Virus record (IMG/VR): IMGVR_UViG_3300025536_000010
Span: 79,657-143,656 of that record
Reading direction: 5' to 3' (one strand)
Source of the DNA: a virus
Length of the DNA stretch: 64,000 bases
Part shown: positions 9,103 through 19,300 of the stretch, piece by piece
Layout: every line of letters starts with the position of its first letter
How positions within the stretch are numbered: position 1 is the first letter of the stretch
Notes under the pieces: generated by a model
What the model saw: the letters and a program-made list of their open reading frames with translations, nothing else
The model's database searches: none
What the model was told of the DNA's origin: nothing
Made by a program: the position numbers and the translations under genes

Positions 9103-10626
9103 ATGGCAATGGTGAAAATCGTGAGCCCGTGCGGCTGGGACTTCGACGGCCCAGTCGTGTCGCTCGTGAAAGTGGCGTCGCGTGGCCTCCGCGGCCACGA
9201 CCGCGACCTGTTCATCAAGCGCGCCTACGGGTCTGCCAACGTCTTCCTGCCCTACCTGGACTCGGTGAAATTCGCAGCCGACGAGGAGCCGGTTCACCTG
9301 ATCGCCCTGGGTGCCAGCGAAGCCTACGGGGCCAACCGCAACGGCGACGGCTTCAAAGAAGCGACCTGCAAGGCGTGCCACGATACGTTCGTGAAGTTTG
9401 CCAGGTTCTACCGCAACCACAAGAACAAAGACACGGCCATCTCCTACGGCCACGTCAAACTGTCGGCGTACAACCCAGTGATGCGCCGCGTCGAACTGCT
9501 GGTAGCCCTCAACAAGGAAAAGTCGGCGGTCGACCGCAACGGCGGTTTCGTGGCGGACAAGGAACTGGAGAAGCTCGCCAAGGGCCAGGACATTCCCGTC
9601 AGCATGGCCTGTCGCGTGCCCTACGACATCTGCTCGGAGTGTGGCAACAAGGCGCGCACCCGCGACGAATACTGCAAAGCGGCTTCCTGCCCAGGCGGTG
9701 GCTGCTCCGAAAACCTGACGAAGCTCGTCAAGAAGGGCAGCGACGTACGCCACGTCCACGTCGACAATCCGACACCGCATTGGTTCGACATCAGCGCCGT
9801 GTTCCGTCCGGCCGACCGCATCGCCTACGGCAGCAGGGCCGACTGGCTCCAGAAGGCTGCGGCGGACGCCTGGGACGGCAGCTACGGTACGGACGGTGCG
9901 AAAATGGCGACCGACCTCCAGGTCATGGCCCCGCTGGCTGTCGTGCTGGCGATGGACACCATGCTCCCGGGCGAGTGGACGCCGTACCTGGGCGATCAGG
10001 TGAAGATCGCGCACGGCCTGGACCTGATGGAACAGCGGGAGCACCTGCACGTCCACGACGAGGTCAAGCGGGCCTTTGCCGCTGACATGCAGCCGGACGT
10101 CGACCTGGTCGCCCTCGACCTTATCTCCGACAACCAGCAGAAGGTGGCCGCTGCCCTGGGGGCGCTGGCCGACCAGAAGATCGTCCTCTCGCTCCGCGAT
10201 TTCGCCCGCATGACCAAGCGTGCGGATTTCACCGACGACGCCGGCAGCTGCCTCAAGGGCGTCTACGGACGTATGATTGCGGACGGCAGCCTGGAGAAAC
10301 GTCTCGCCCAGAACAAGTACGCCCCTGCGGAGAAGCTGGCCAGCGTGAAACAGCGGCAGCTGGCCGCGACGATGCGGCAGACCTACGCCCTGGAAAAGCA
10401 CGCCGTCGATCACCGCTGTCAGGTGTCAGCACTGCGGCAGCATCGGCTGCCGGAGTCCAAATCCACTTTTTGGAACGAGAAGAAAGCCCACGACAACACC
10501 ACGGCTGAGGAACTCGCCAGGGACTACGCAATCTACAAGGTCGCTGCCCTGCGGCGTATCTCCCAGTTTGACGACGAGTTCCTCTTGACCGCACGCCTCA
10601 GCGCGTGCCAGAATCAGGTGGTCTAG
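9103..10626 (+). CDS. Prohead/capsid maturation serine protease with a Cys-rich (Zn-finger-like) insertion
   Basis: GANRNGDGF, FYRNH and PVSMACRVPYDICSECGN motifs resemble large-phage prohead proteases; lies directly upstream of scaffold and capsid genes. Confidence 0.75.
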   Translation: MAMVKIVSPCGWDFDGPVVSLVKVASRGLRGHDRDLFIKRAYGSANVFLPYLDSVKFAADEEPVHLIALGASEAYGANRNGDGFKEATCKACHDTFVKFARFYRNHKNKDTAISYGHVKLSAYNPVMRRVELLVALNKEKSAVDRNGGFVADKELEKLAKGQDIPVSMACRVPYDICSECGNKARTRDEYCKAASCPGGGCSENLTKLVKKGSDVRHVHVDNPTPHWFDISAVFRPADRIAYGSRADWLQKAAADAWDGSYGTDGAKMATDLQVMAPLAVVLAMDTMLPGEWTPYLGDQVKIAHGLDLMEQREHLHVHDEVKRAFAADMQPDVDLVALDLISDNQQKVAAALGALADQKIVLSLRDFARMTKRADFTDDAGSCLKGVYGRMIADGSLEKRLAQNKYAPAEKLASVKQRQLAATMRQTYALEKHAVDHRCQVSALRQHRLPESKSTFWNEKKAHDNTTAEELARDYAIYKVAALRRISQFDDEFLLTARLSACQNQVV

Positions 10627-10682
10627 CGGTTTGACCGCCACGCAGGGAGCAACAGACCAAGAAAGCAAAGGAGTGCTGTTAG

Positions 10683-12035
10683 ATGGCAGCCAACCCCATT
10701 TCGACTATCGCGGACTTCCTGAACGCTGTCGGCGGCGGGCAGACCAAGCAAGCGGATGCCCCCCTGAGCGAAGCCGGAAGTATCGGCGGTGCAACCTCTC
10801 ACCCGGTCAAGAGCGTCGACGACCGCCTCCAGAAAGCCAAGGAAGGCGAGCGTTCGAGCGAGAACAGCAAAGACGTCAAGGAAGACCAGGGCGCGCCAAG
10901 CGTCGAGAACGCTCCCGAGGCCAAGGCCGGGTCCGACCTGATGTCGTTGGCTCGCGCGTTCGCTCGCACCAGCGGCACGCAGAAGAAGGCCGAGGGCGGC
11001 GCGGTCATGCAGGGCGGCTCGGCCGCCGACGACCAACTCCAGATCGGCACCAACAAGCAGCCGACCGGCGACGACCCGAAGTCCGAAACCAACTCGGCCA
11101 AGTCCGGCAAGGAAGATCCCGGTTCGAGCCACCCGGCGCGCACCGACAACGATCAGCTGGACGGCCACAAGTACAGCCTCGACGCCAACGCGCCGCTCGA
11201 ACAGCTGGCCAAGCTGACCAAGGAAGCCGGCGACAACCTCTGCGCCGCGATCTTCCACGTCAGCAAGAACGGCGGGGCGCAGAAGACCGCCGAACACGCG
11301 CAGCAAGTCGGCGGCAGCGTCGTGCAGCAGCAACCGCAGACCAAGCAGGCCGAGATCGACCCCTACCTGGCCCACCAGGCTGGCTGGGAGATGGCCTCGC
11401 TGATCGCCGGCAAGTTCGACAAGCGCGCGGCCGACAGCATGGTCACCAACACCATGTACAGCATCGTCAAGCAGGCCAGCGACGACGCCGACCTCTACAT
11501 CTGGTACGCCAAGAACTTCCTCCAGGGTCAGCAGAAGCAGGCCGAAGGCGAGATGCCGATGGACCCTGCGGCTGGCGGCGGCGCCCCTCCGGGCGGCGAC
11601 CCGATGGCCGGCGGCGGCGGTGGTGGCGGGGAAGACGCCATGATGGCTGCCCTGGGCGGCGGTGCCCCTCCGGGCGGTGACCCGATGGGCGGCGGCGCTC
11701 CTCCGGGTGGCGACCCGATGGGCGGCGGCGGGGGCGGCGGCATGGACCCCGAAACGATGGCGTTGGCGCAGCTGCTCCAGCAGGCCAACATCAGCCCCGA
11801 AGAACTCGAAGCGGCTCTGGCCGAACAGGGCGGCGGCGGTGGCGGTGACCCGATGGGCGGCATGGGCGGCGACCCGATGGCCGGCGGCGGCGGTGAACCT
11901 CCGATGCCGGGCGGCGAGAAGCCGGCCAACGACCGCGGCGGCCGCGCTGCACAGCAGAGCACCAAGCATGCCGGCGAAATGCACAAGTACATCACCGAAC
12001 TCGTCGGCCGTTCCCGGGCACGGAGGGCGGCCTAA
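10683..12035 (+). CDS. Putative capsid scaffolding protein
   Basis: Low-complexity, largely disordered, Gly/Pro/Met repeats and many KxA motifs; between protease and capsid genes. Confidence 0.6.
   Translation: MAANPISTIADFLNAVGGGQTKQADAPLSEAGSIGGATSHPVKSVDDRLQKAKEGERSSENSKDVKEDQGAPSVENAPEAKAGSDLMSLARAFARTSGTQKKAEGGAVMQGGSAADDQLQIGTNKQPTGDDPKSETNSAKSGKEDPGSSHPARTDNDQLDGHKYSLDANAPLEQLAKLTKEAGDNLCAAIFHVSKNGGAQKTAEHAQQVGGSVVQQQPQTKQAEIDPYLAHQAGWEMASLIAGKFDKRAADSMVTNTMYSIVKQASDDADLYIWYAKNFLQGQQKQAEGEMPMDPAAGGGAPPGGDPMAGGGGGGGEDAMMAALGGGAPPGGDPMGGGAPPGGDPMGGGGGGGMDPETMALAQLLQQANISPEELEAALAEQGGGGGGDPMGGMGGDPMAGGGGEPPMPGGEKPANDRGGRAAQQSTKHAGEMHKYITELVGRSRARRAA
11575..11880 (+). repeat. Intragenic repeats encoding GGAPPGGDPM (x3) and further GGDPM units
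   Basis: Visible in both DNA and translation. Confidence 0.85.
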
Positions 12036-12126
12036 GCGGACTGTCCCGGAGGCTGACCGCCCAGCAGCCTCCGGGTCGCTCGCTTGCTGACCAAGCCGAC
12101 ACTACAAGCTCACGGAGGAGTTTACC

Positions 12127-12645
12127 TTGAACCCCACGCAGCAAATCTCTGTCCCCTCGGCGCTGCTGGACAACATGATCCAGTACGTCGAGGTTTCGAG
12201 TCTGATGGGCAAGCGCGCCCTGGACGAAATCGACGTCCATCGCGCTGGCCAGCAGAAGGCCGCGGCGCTGCGCAACCCGCTCCTGGACTACATGGTCCAG
12301 CAGGGCGTGGTGGCGGAACACCAGAAGGAAGCCGCTCAGGCCATGCTGGGCAGTCACGCCGAAACGATGCAGCTGCTCAAGGCAGCCATCGACAAAATCG
12401 TCGACCTGCGCAAGAACGGGACGACGAAGACGGCCGGCGCCGAACCAGGCGAGGCTGTGGACCCGAACACCCTGGGCGCAACGTCGCCGGTGGGCGGGGC
12501 CAACGGGTACACGGCCGGCGACGGTTTCGTGGCCCCGCTGACGAAGCAGGGCGAGTATGACTCGCTCAACGACGTCATGGTCGGCCGCAAGACCAACCTG
12601 GTCAAAGCGTCCGACAAGCCGCTGCTGGCCCTGATCGGCCGGTAA
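12127..12645 (+). CDS. Head-module protein (scaffold-associated, hypothetical)
   Basis: GGAGGAG RBS with TTG start; QKAA, QKEA and TKTA motifs. Confidence 0.6.
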   Translation: MNPTQQISVPSALLDNMIQYVEVSSLMGKRALDEIDVHRAGQQKAAALRNPLLDYMVQQGVVAEHQKEAAQAMLGSHAETMQLLKAAIDKIVDLRKNGTTKTAGAEPGEAVDPNTLGATSPVGGANGYTAGDGFVAPLTKQGEYDSLNDVMVGRKTNLVKASDKPLLALIGR

Positions 12646-12713
12646 CGGTTCCCAAGGAAACGGATTCCGCACAGTCCCGCAGGGACTACTGACCTTCAAG
12701 GAGGAAATCCTCA

Positions 12714-13247
12714 ATGGCTGCTCCCCGCCAAATGACGGCGAACACCCTGAACGCTCTCAAGGGGTGGCCTCAGCCGGCCGCCGTCGACTACCACACCGAG
12801 TTCGACCCGTCGATCACCGACGTCGTCCTGCCCGGCTCCGTGGTTCACCTGAACAGTGACGGTTTCTACGAACTCGGCGTCGGCGCGGAGCCGGTGATGC
12901 CGCTGTTCATGTTCAACGGCAGCGACGACCCGGACGTGCGCAACGAGGGCGGCGACCCCGCCACCGAGAAGGGCGTCTGGATTCCGATCAACCCGACCGG
13001 CCAGGCGATGGCCTTGGTGGCCGTGGGCGCGTACGAACTCGTTTCGACCGCCTTCGACAAGACCGGCACCTACAACCCGAACGACCCGCTGACCAGCCCG
13101 CTGTCGGGCGGCAACGCCGGCAAGCTCATCGTCGGCACGCTGTACACCCACATGATCGTGGGCTTCGTCAGCCGCGGCGTGGTCGACAACGGCTACGGCC
13201 ACGACGGCCTGGCTTTCTGGCCGTTCCCGGTCTTCCCGACGCCGTAA
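12714..13247 (+). CDS. Putative capsid decoration/cement protein
   Basis: 177-aa beta-rich Gly/Pro protein immediately upstream of the major capsid gene; AAGGAGG RBS. Confidence 0.6.
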   Translation: MAAPRQMTANTLNALKGWPQPAAVDYHTEFDPSITDVVLPGSVVHLNSDGFYELGVGAEPVMPLFMFNGSDDPDVRNEGGDPATEKGVWIPINPTGQAMALVAVGAYELVSTAFDKTGTYNPNDPLTSPLSGGNAGKLIVGTLYTHMIVGFVSRGVVDNGYGHDGLAFWPFPVFPTP

Positions 13248-13332
13248 CGTCAACCCGTTGTAACCAGCAACCGTCGCCAAGCACGCTCGTTTGACCCAAG
13301 GAAGAACATAACCCACACGGAGGTTCCATCAC

Positions 13333-14274
13333 ATGCCCCAGATCCTCACCCAGGAAGAGTCGAAGGCGCTGTCCTATGCGATCTTCGAGAAACTCTCTTC
13401 CCGTGATCCGATCCTGGAAAAGCAGGCGGTGGATGCCGTCAACGAGTTCACGCGCACGAAGATGCGTGAAGACGGCTTCTACCGGCGGATCATGCCGCCA
13501 CTCCCCATCGGCAACGACGAACTGGATCGGCAGGTCGATACCGACAAGCCGGTCAAAGTGGTGGACAAGGAGCCGGATTCGCCGGCTGCCATCTCCATCC
13601 CGTTCGCCACGCTGCCGACCAATCTGTACATCCGCGGTCCGCGCTACCGCGTCATGTTCGACCGCATCGCCACGCCACGGTTCACCAAGGACGTGGACGA
13701 GCTGCGCACCTGGATCATGGACATCCGCCAGGTGCTCTCGGACAACGCGATCAAGGACATGCTGGCGGAAGAAGATGGGAAGTTCATTCGGGCCGTGAAC
13801 ACCGCTCTGGTGGGCGCGGGCCTGACGGTCCCGACTTCCGGCACGGTCCAGCACGAAGTCATCGCTGGCGGCATCACCCGCGACACCCTCTGCGACTCGC
13901 TCAAGGTGATGCCCAACACCCCGAGCAACCTGGAGGTCCACCTCGTTCTGGTGAACAACATCACGATCAAGGAAGTGATGAAGTTCACGCACAACGAAAT
14001 GGGTGGCACGCTCTCCGAAGACATCATGAAGAACGGCTGGAGCCTCCAGAAGTTCCTCGGTGTCAACTGGATCGTGACCATCAAGAAGGGCCTGGTTCCG
14101 ACGAACACGATGTACCAGTTCGCGGACCCCAAGTTCATCGGCAAGAGTTACGTCCTCGAAGACACGACCATGTACATTCGTCGTGAGGCGTACATGCTGG
14201 AATTCTTCGCGTACGAGACAATGGGTGGGACCATCGGTCACACCTCGGGTCTTGCCCGCATCGACTACCAGTAA
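13333..14274 (+). CDS. Major capsid protein (HK97-like fold)
   Basis: 313 aa; REDGFYRRIMP, E-loop-like KEPDSPAAISIPF and DIRQVLSDNAIKDMLAEED segments; follows protease, scaffold and decoration genes; strong hairpin/terminator downstream. Confidence 0.75.
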   Translation: MPQILTQEESKALSYAIFEKLSSRDPILEKQAVDAVNEFTRTKMREDGFYRRIMPPLPIGNDELDRQVDTDKPVKVVDKEPDSPAAISIPFATLPTNLYIRGPRYRVMFDRIATPRFTKDVDELRTWIMDIRQVLSDNAIKDMLAEEDGKFIRAVNTALVGAGLTVPTSGTVQHEVIAGGITRDTLCDSLKVMPNTPSNLEVHLVLVNNITIKEVMKFTHNEMGGTLSEDIMKNGWSLQKFLGVNWIVTIKKGLVPTNTMYQFADPKFIGKSYVLEDTTMYIRREAYMLEFFAYETMGGTIGHTSGLARIDYQ

Positions 14275-14282
14275 GGACTGAT

Positions 14283-14319
14283 CGACAACGACGGGACGAC
14301 CGACGTCCCGTCGTTGTCG
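14283..14319. repeat. Perfect 16-bp inverted repeat (5-nt loop) after the capsid gene
   Basis: CGACAACGACGGGACG-accga-CGTCCCGTCGTTGTCG. Confidence 0.9.
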
Positions 14320-14327
14320 GCAGCAGG

Positions 14328-14365
14328 GGTGCCCGGGGGTTGGGAGAGGCTCTCGGGCACCTTTT
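14328..14365 (+). terminator. Rho-independent terminator after the capsid gene
   Basis: GGTGCCCG...CGGGCACC stem followed by TTTT. Confidence 0.65.
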
Positions 14366-14401
14366 CTAAAAGCCAGTTTTTGACGCGCAGGGAGGCGTAT
14401 C

Positions 14402-14773
14402 ATGCCACTGAACGAACACGACCCTCGGCCCCAAGGTGCGGCGATCCGCAACCGCGCCACCGCTAACGGAACGGCCCCGGTCGGCACCTACACGGATACG
14501 AGCCTGACCAAGGCCAACGTCGACCAGGCCATGCCCAGCGTGCTGCCGAACCGCTCCGGGGCGCGCACCCTGGGCAACATCCGGCCGGTCTACGCCAGCG
14601 ACCGCGTGCAGGAGATCGACCAGACGGCGACCAACGAAAGTCCGCCGCCCACGCCGCACTCGAAGCCGAAATGGGAGATCGAGACGACGGCTGACGACAT
14701 CAGCCGCGCCAAAGATCCCTATCGGAACGACGGCATGATCTCGCAGAACGACATGTTCAAAAACCAGGGCTAA
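14402..14773 (+). CDS. Hypothetical protein
   Basis: GGGAGG RBS; 123 aa. Confidence 0.5.
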   Translation: MPLNEHDPRPQGAAIRNRATANGTAPVGTYTDTSLTKANVDQAMPSVLPNRSGARTLGNIRPVYASDRVQEIDQTATNESPPPTPHSKPKWEIETTADDISRAKDPYRNDGMISQNDMFKNQG

Positions 14774-14835
14774 ATGCCCTGGGTCCGCAACAAGCTCCGA
14801 CCGTTCAGACCTTGTCGCCCGCAGAAAGGATCGTC

Positions 14836-15294
14836 ATGAAGAAGCTCAACACCGCCCTTTGTCTAGCGCTCGTGCTGGTGGCCCTGCTGTTCGTGGTGGC
14901 GGCCCCGGTGCAGGCGCAGTATTACGGCGGCGGGTACTACCGCTCGTACAGCAGCTACAGCTACCCAAGCTACTACAGCACGCCGTACTACTACAGCTAC
15001 CCGAGCTACTACACCTACAGCTACCCGAGCAGCTATACCTACAGCGCACCTGCGGCGTACACGGCACCGTGTCCGAAGGAAAACGTCAGCGATCAGGTAC
15101 TCAAGGAACTGCTGATCCGCAAGCTGCTGACCGACCAACCGGCGCAGCAGAACGGGCAGGCACAGTACCAGACGCAGCCGCAAGGATACACCCAAGGCAG
15201 TCAACCGCTGACGACCCAGGAAGTGCAAGTGCTGCGACAGCTGCTGCAACAGGTGCTGCAACAGCAGCAAGCACAGCAAGCCCCGTCCAAGTGA
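14836..15294 (+). CDS. Secreted Tyr/Ser- and Gln-rich protein (Planctomycete-like)
   Basis: Signal peptide MKKLNTALCLALVLVALLFVVAAPVQA followed by YSYPSYY repeats and a Q-rich tail. Confidence 0.7.
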   Translation: MKKLNTALCLALVLVALLFVVAAPVQAQYYGGGYYRSYSSYSYPSYYSTPYYYSYPSYYTYSYPSSYTYSAPAAYTAPCPKENVSDQVLKELLIRKLLTDQPAQQNGQAQYQTQPQGYTQGSQPLTTQEVQVLRQLLQQVLQQQQAQQAPSK

Positions 15295-15355
15295 CGGGGA
15301 CAACCGCAGCGTTCTCTAAACCACTTTTTGAAACCAGCAGGATGGAGGAGATACC

Positions 15356-15808
15356 GTGAGCCAGCAAGCGACTCTGCCCGACCCGCAGACCGCCTATGAC
15401 AACTTGTTCCAGGCGGTTCACGCGCGGGTGTTCTTCCAGAAGTGCGCGTCCGCGGGCATCATGCCGCGCAGCCGCCAGGAGGCCCAGTGGATGCTGGAGA
15501 CGGCCGGCAAGCTCCGCACCGTCGACCAGGCTGGTGGCCTACAGAAGGACGCCCAGGACGACAACGACAACCCCTACTACCAGATGAACCGGCATCTGGA
15601 TCAGGTGTTGGCCCAGCACGGGCTCGACGGCGGCATCAAAGCTGCCGCGGCACAGGAAGAAGAGTCGGCCATCCGGCAGCTGACTGTCGACCTGAGCAAC
15701 GATCCGCTCCTGTACAACTCGGTGCTGTCCCTCAAGACGGCCGAGGCCCAGGACATCCAGCAGCAGTACGAGGCGTGGAAGCGGCAGAACCAAGGGGCCG
15801 CCGCCTGA
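15356..15808 (+). CDS. Hypothetical head-associated protein
   Basis: GGAGGAG RBS with GTG start; QKDA, IKAA and LKTA motifs. Confidence 0.6.
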   Translation: MSQQATLPDPQTAYDNLFQAVHARVFFQKCASAGIMPRSRQEAQWMLETAGKLRTVDQAGGLQKDAQDDNDNPYYQMNRHLDQVLAQHGLDGGIKAAAAQEEESAIRQLTVDLSNDPLLYNSVLSLKTAEAQDIQQQYEAWKRQNQGAAA

Positions 15809-15870
15809 CCCGCGCCTGACCACGGACGGACATCGCGCAAGCGAAGCCCATACACAAGGAGGTAGCCAGC

Positions 15871-16233
15871 ATGGCTGGACTCGACACCAGTTGCCTCTAC
15901 TCGACGGTCAAGAACACGTCGGGCGGTCGCAAGAAGTTCGGTTTCCTGCCGCCGCACGGCAAAGAACTCGCCGCCAACGAGGAAATGACCGTGTTCGGCG
16001 ACATCAAGCAGGCCATCATCCGCTTCGAGCGGACGGAGGCCCGCCGCAACATTATCGCGTTCGAGAAGGCGCTCCAGCGGGGTGATTTGGAGATCATCAA
16101 CACTCCCAACATCATCCTGGAAGACGACTCCAACCCCGGCTCGACGAAAATGCTCAACCTGCGTAACGGCACGTTAGGCACGCTCGACCCCTGCTGGAAC
16201 ACGTCGACCTCGCTGACGCCTCCGCTGGGCTAA
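15871..16233 (+). CDS. Hypothetical virion protein
   Basis: AAGGAGG RBS; 120 aa. Confidence 0.6.
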   Translation: MAGLDTSCLYSTVKNTSGGRKKFGFLPPHGKELAANEEMTVFGDIKQAIIRFERTEARRNIIAFEKALQRGDLEIINTPNIILEDDSNPGSTKMLNLRNGTLGTLDPCWNTSTSLTPPLG

Positions 16234-16261
16234 CAACCCGCCGGTTCATGCTTCCCGCGCG

Positions 16262-16300
16262 ACGGCGGGCGCACCCTCCCCCGGGTCGCCCGCCGTTTTT
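16262..16300 (+). terminator. Rho-independent terminator
   Basis: ACGGCGGGCG...CGCCCGCCGT followed by TTTT. Confidence 0.7.
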
Positions 16301-16320
16301 ATTGGACACGGAGGTCTACC

Positions 16321-19300
16321 ATGTCGGACTTGATTCCCGGCCCGCGCGGCGAACGCGGCCACCAAGGTTACCAAGGTCACCGTGGCCTGCGCGGACACCA
16401 GGGCAGTCTTGGCCTGACCGGCGACCAAGGCAACCAAGGCGTACAAGGTAACCAAGGCTTCCAGGGACCGGCAGACGGTTTTCAGGGCAGCCAAGGCGAC
16501 CAAGGGTTGCAAGGCTTCCAAGGACGGCAAGGCTTCCAGGGCCTAACCGGCAGCGGCTCCCAGGGGGCGGCAGGCGGCACCGGCCTGCAAGGCAACCAAG
16601 GTTTCCAGGGAGCAGCGGGCAGCACCGGCAGCCAAGGCGCGCAGGGAGCGGCCGGCGCTGGCAGCCAGGGCGCGCAGGGAGCGGCCGGCAGTGGCAGCCA
16701 GGGCCTGCAAGGTTTCCAAGGTGCTGTCGGCGTAACCGGCAATCAGGGTAACCAGGGCCAGGCTGGTGGCGCCGGAAACCAAGGGAATCAAGGAGCGCAA
16801 GGACGCCAAGGTATCACTGGCGCACAAGGTGACCAGGGTTTCGGCCTGCAAGGTTTCCAAGGCCGGCAAGGCTCGACCGGCGTGCAGGGTTTCCAGGGTC
16901 CGGCCGGCAGCGGCGCGCAGGGAGCCCAGGGTTCGACTGGCGTCCAGGGCGCGCAGGGAAATCTCGGCGAGCAGGGCGAGCAAGGTGAACAAGGCGACCA
17001 AGGTGACCAGGGGGACACTGGCGTACAGGGTTTGCAAGGTTTTCAAGGTGCCACGGGTGGCGTCGGTGCGCAGGGTATCCAGGGTGACCAAGGCGACACC
17101 GGCGAGCAAGGTGACCAGGGTGACCAAGGCGAACAAGGCGCCCAAGGCGCAACCGGCCCGCAGGGTTTCCAGGGAAGCATCGGCTTGCAGGGCCAGACGG
17201 GCGAGCAAGGCGAGCAAGGTTTCCAGGGCTCCGGCGCGCAGGGCGCCCAAGGTCTGCAAGGAGCGCAGGGTTTGCAGGGCCGCGAAGGCACCGGGCTCCA
17301 CTACGTCTACGACGACCAGACAGCCGCCGCCGACCCCGGCACGGGCGAGTTCCGCCTCAACAACTCGGACGTGACCCAGGTTACCGAGATCTACTTGCAC
17401 GAGACGGACCAGGACAACAACGACAACCAAAATCTTCTGGCCATCTGGGACGACGCAACCAGTGTGAACAGGGGCTTGATTTTCCTGCGCAACCGTACGG
17501 CCGGCGGCTACATCGCCTACAAGCTGGTCAGCGACTGGACGGACAACACGAACTGGCGGACGGCAACCGTCGAGTTCGTCAACTCGGACGGCACGCATTC
17601 CAACGGCGACAGTTTCGACATCACTTTTGCCAAGATTGGCGACCGCGGCGCCCAGGGTGACGCAGGCGGCAACGCTTTCCCCTACGTCTACTCGACCACT
17701 ACGACCGACGCAGACCCCGGTTCTGGCTTCATCCGTTTCAACAGCGGCACGATGGCATCGGTGACCGAGGTCTACATCGACCTGGAGTCGTCGGCAGCGG
17801 CCGACCTCACGACCTGGATCGAAAGTTTTGACAACTACGCCACGTCCACACACCGCGGCGTACTGCAAGTTTTCAAAGCATCGGACCCAACCGTTTTCGT
17901 CAACCTGGCTGTCACCGGCTCGGTAACCACCGCCACCGGCTACCGCAAGCTGACGGTTACCTACATTGCCAGCGACGGCACTTTCACCAACCTCGACGAG
18001 GTGGTGGTCGGTTTCGCCTACACCGGGCAGCAAGGCTCCCAGGGCGCGCAAGGCAATCAAGGTAGCCAAGGTAATCAAGGCGACCCGGCCGGCAACGTGG
18101 TCCAGTACCAGTATTCGACCACCACGGCAGACGCCGATCCGGGTGCTGGTTTCTTCCGTCTCAACAACGCAGCGATGGCCTCCGTCACGGAGATGTACAT
18201 CGACCTGGTCGACAGCCTGGCGGTCACGCAGACAGCATGGATCGAGTCGCTTGACGACGTCGGCAGCACGGCCGACCGCGGCGTGCTGCGCATCGCCAAC
18301 GCCACAGACGGCACCGTGTTTGCCATCTACCGCGTAACAGGCTCGGTGACGTCCGCGAGTGGCTACCGCAAGCTGACGCTCAGTTACGTCACACACAACG
18401 GCACGCTGGCCAACAACGACGACACGATCATCAGTTTTGCCGACGCAGGCCAGACAGGAGCCCAGGGCCTGCAAGGAGCCCAGGGCCTGCAAGGAGCCCA
18501 GGGCCTGCAAGGAGCCCAGGGCCTGCAAGGTTTGCAAGGTAGTCAAGGTAATCAAGGTGTACCCGGCTCTGGCGCTCAAGGCGACCAGGGCGACCAAGGC
18601 GACACGGGCGATCAGGGCGCACAAGGCGCACAGGGTCTGCAAGGCTTGCAAGGTTTACAGGGCCTGCAAGGCGCCCAGGGCCTGCAAGGCGCCCAGGGTA
18701 ACCAGGGGAGCCAGGGTGAGGTCGGTGAACCTGGCGGCTATAGCGCCGAGTACCAGTGGTCGAACTCTACCACGGACGCCGATCCAGGCGGCGGCTTCCT
18801 GCGCTTCAACAACGGCACAGTGTCTTCGGTCACGCAGCTGTACATCGACTTGGCCGACCGGCACACCAACGACCAGACACCGTGGATCGAGTCGTTTGAC
18901 GATTTCGGCGCGACGGCTAACCGCGGGGCGCTCAAAATCTTCAAGCTGGGCGACCCGACCGTGTTCGCCATCTTCCGCGTCACGGACACGATTGATACGC
19001 CTGCGGGCTATCGCAAGATCACCGTGGTCTACGTTGACCACAACGGCTCGTTGACCAACAACGACAACATCGTTGTGTCGTTTGCGCATGCCGGCCAGCA
19101 AGGCTCCCAGGGCTTGCAAGGCGCATCGGACGGGGATGCCGGACACGAAGGCGGCAGCGTCTACTACAACTGGAACACGGACACAGCCAGCAGCGACCCC
19201 GGCAACGGCTACGTTAAGGTCGACAACGCCACGATGTCCTCCGTGACAAAGCTGTACATCAGCGACCAGGACTTGAACGCGGTCAACATCGACACCTGGC

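Noticed and set aside
12047..12076. CCCGGAGGCTG/CAGCCTCCGGG hairpin as a terminator
   Set aside because: No U-tract; at most an mRNA stability or processing stem.
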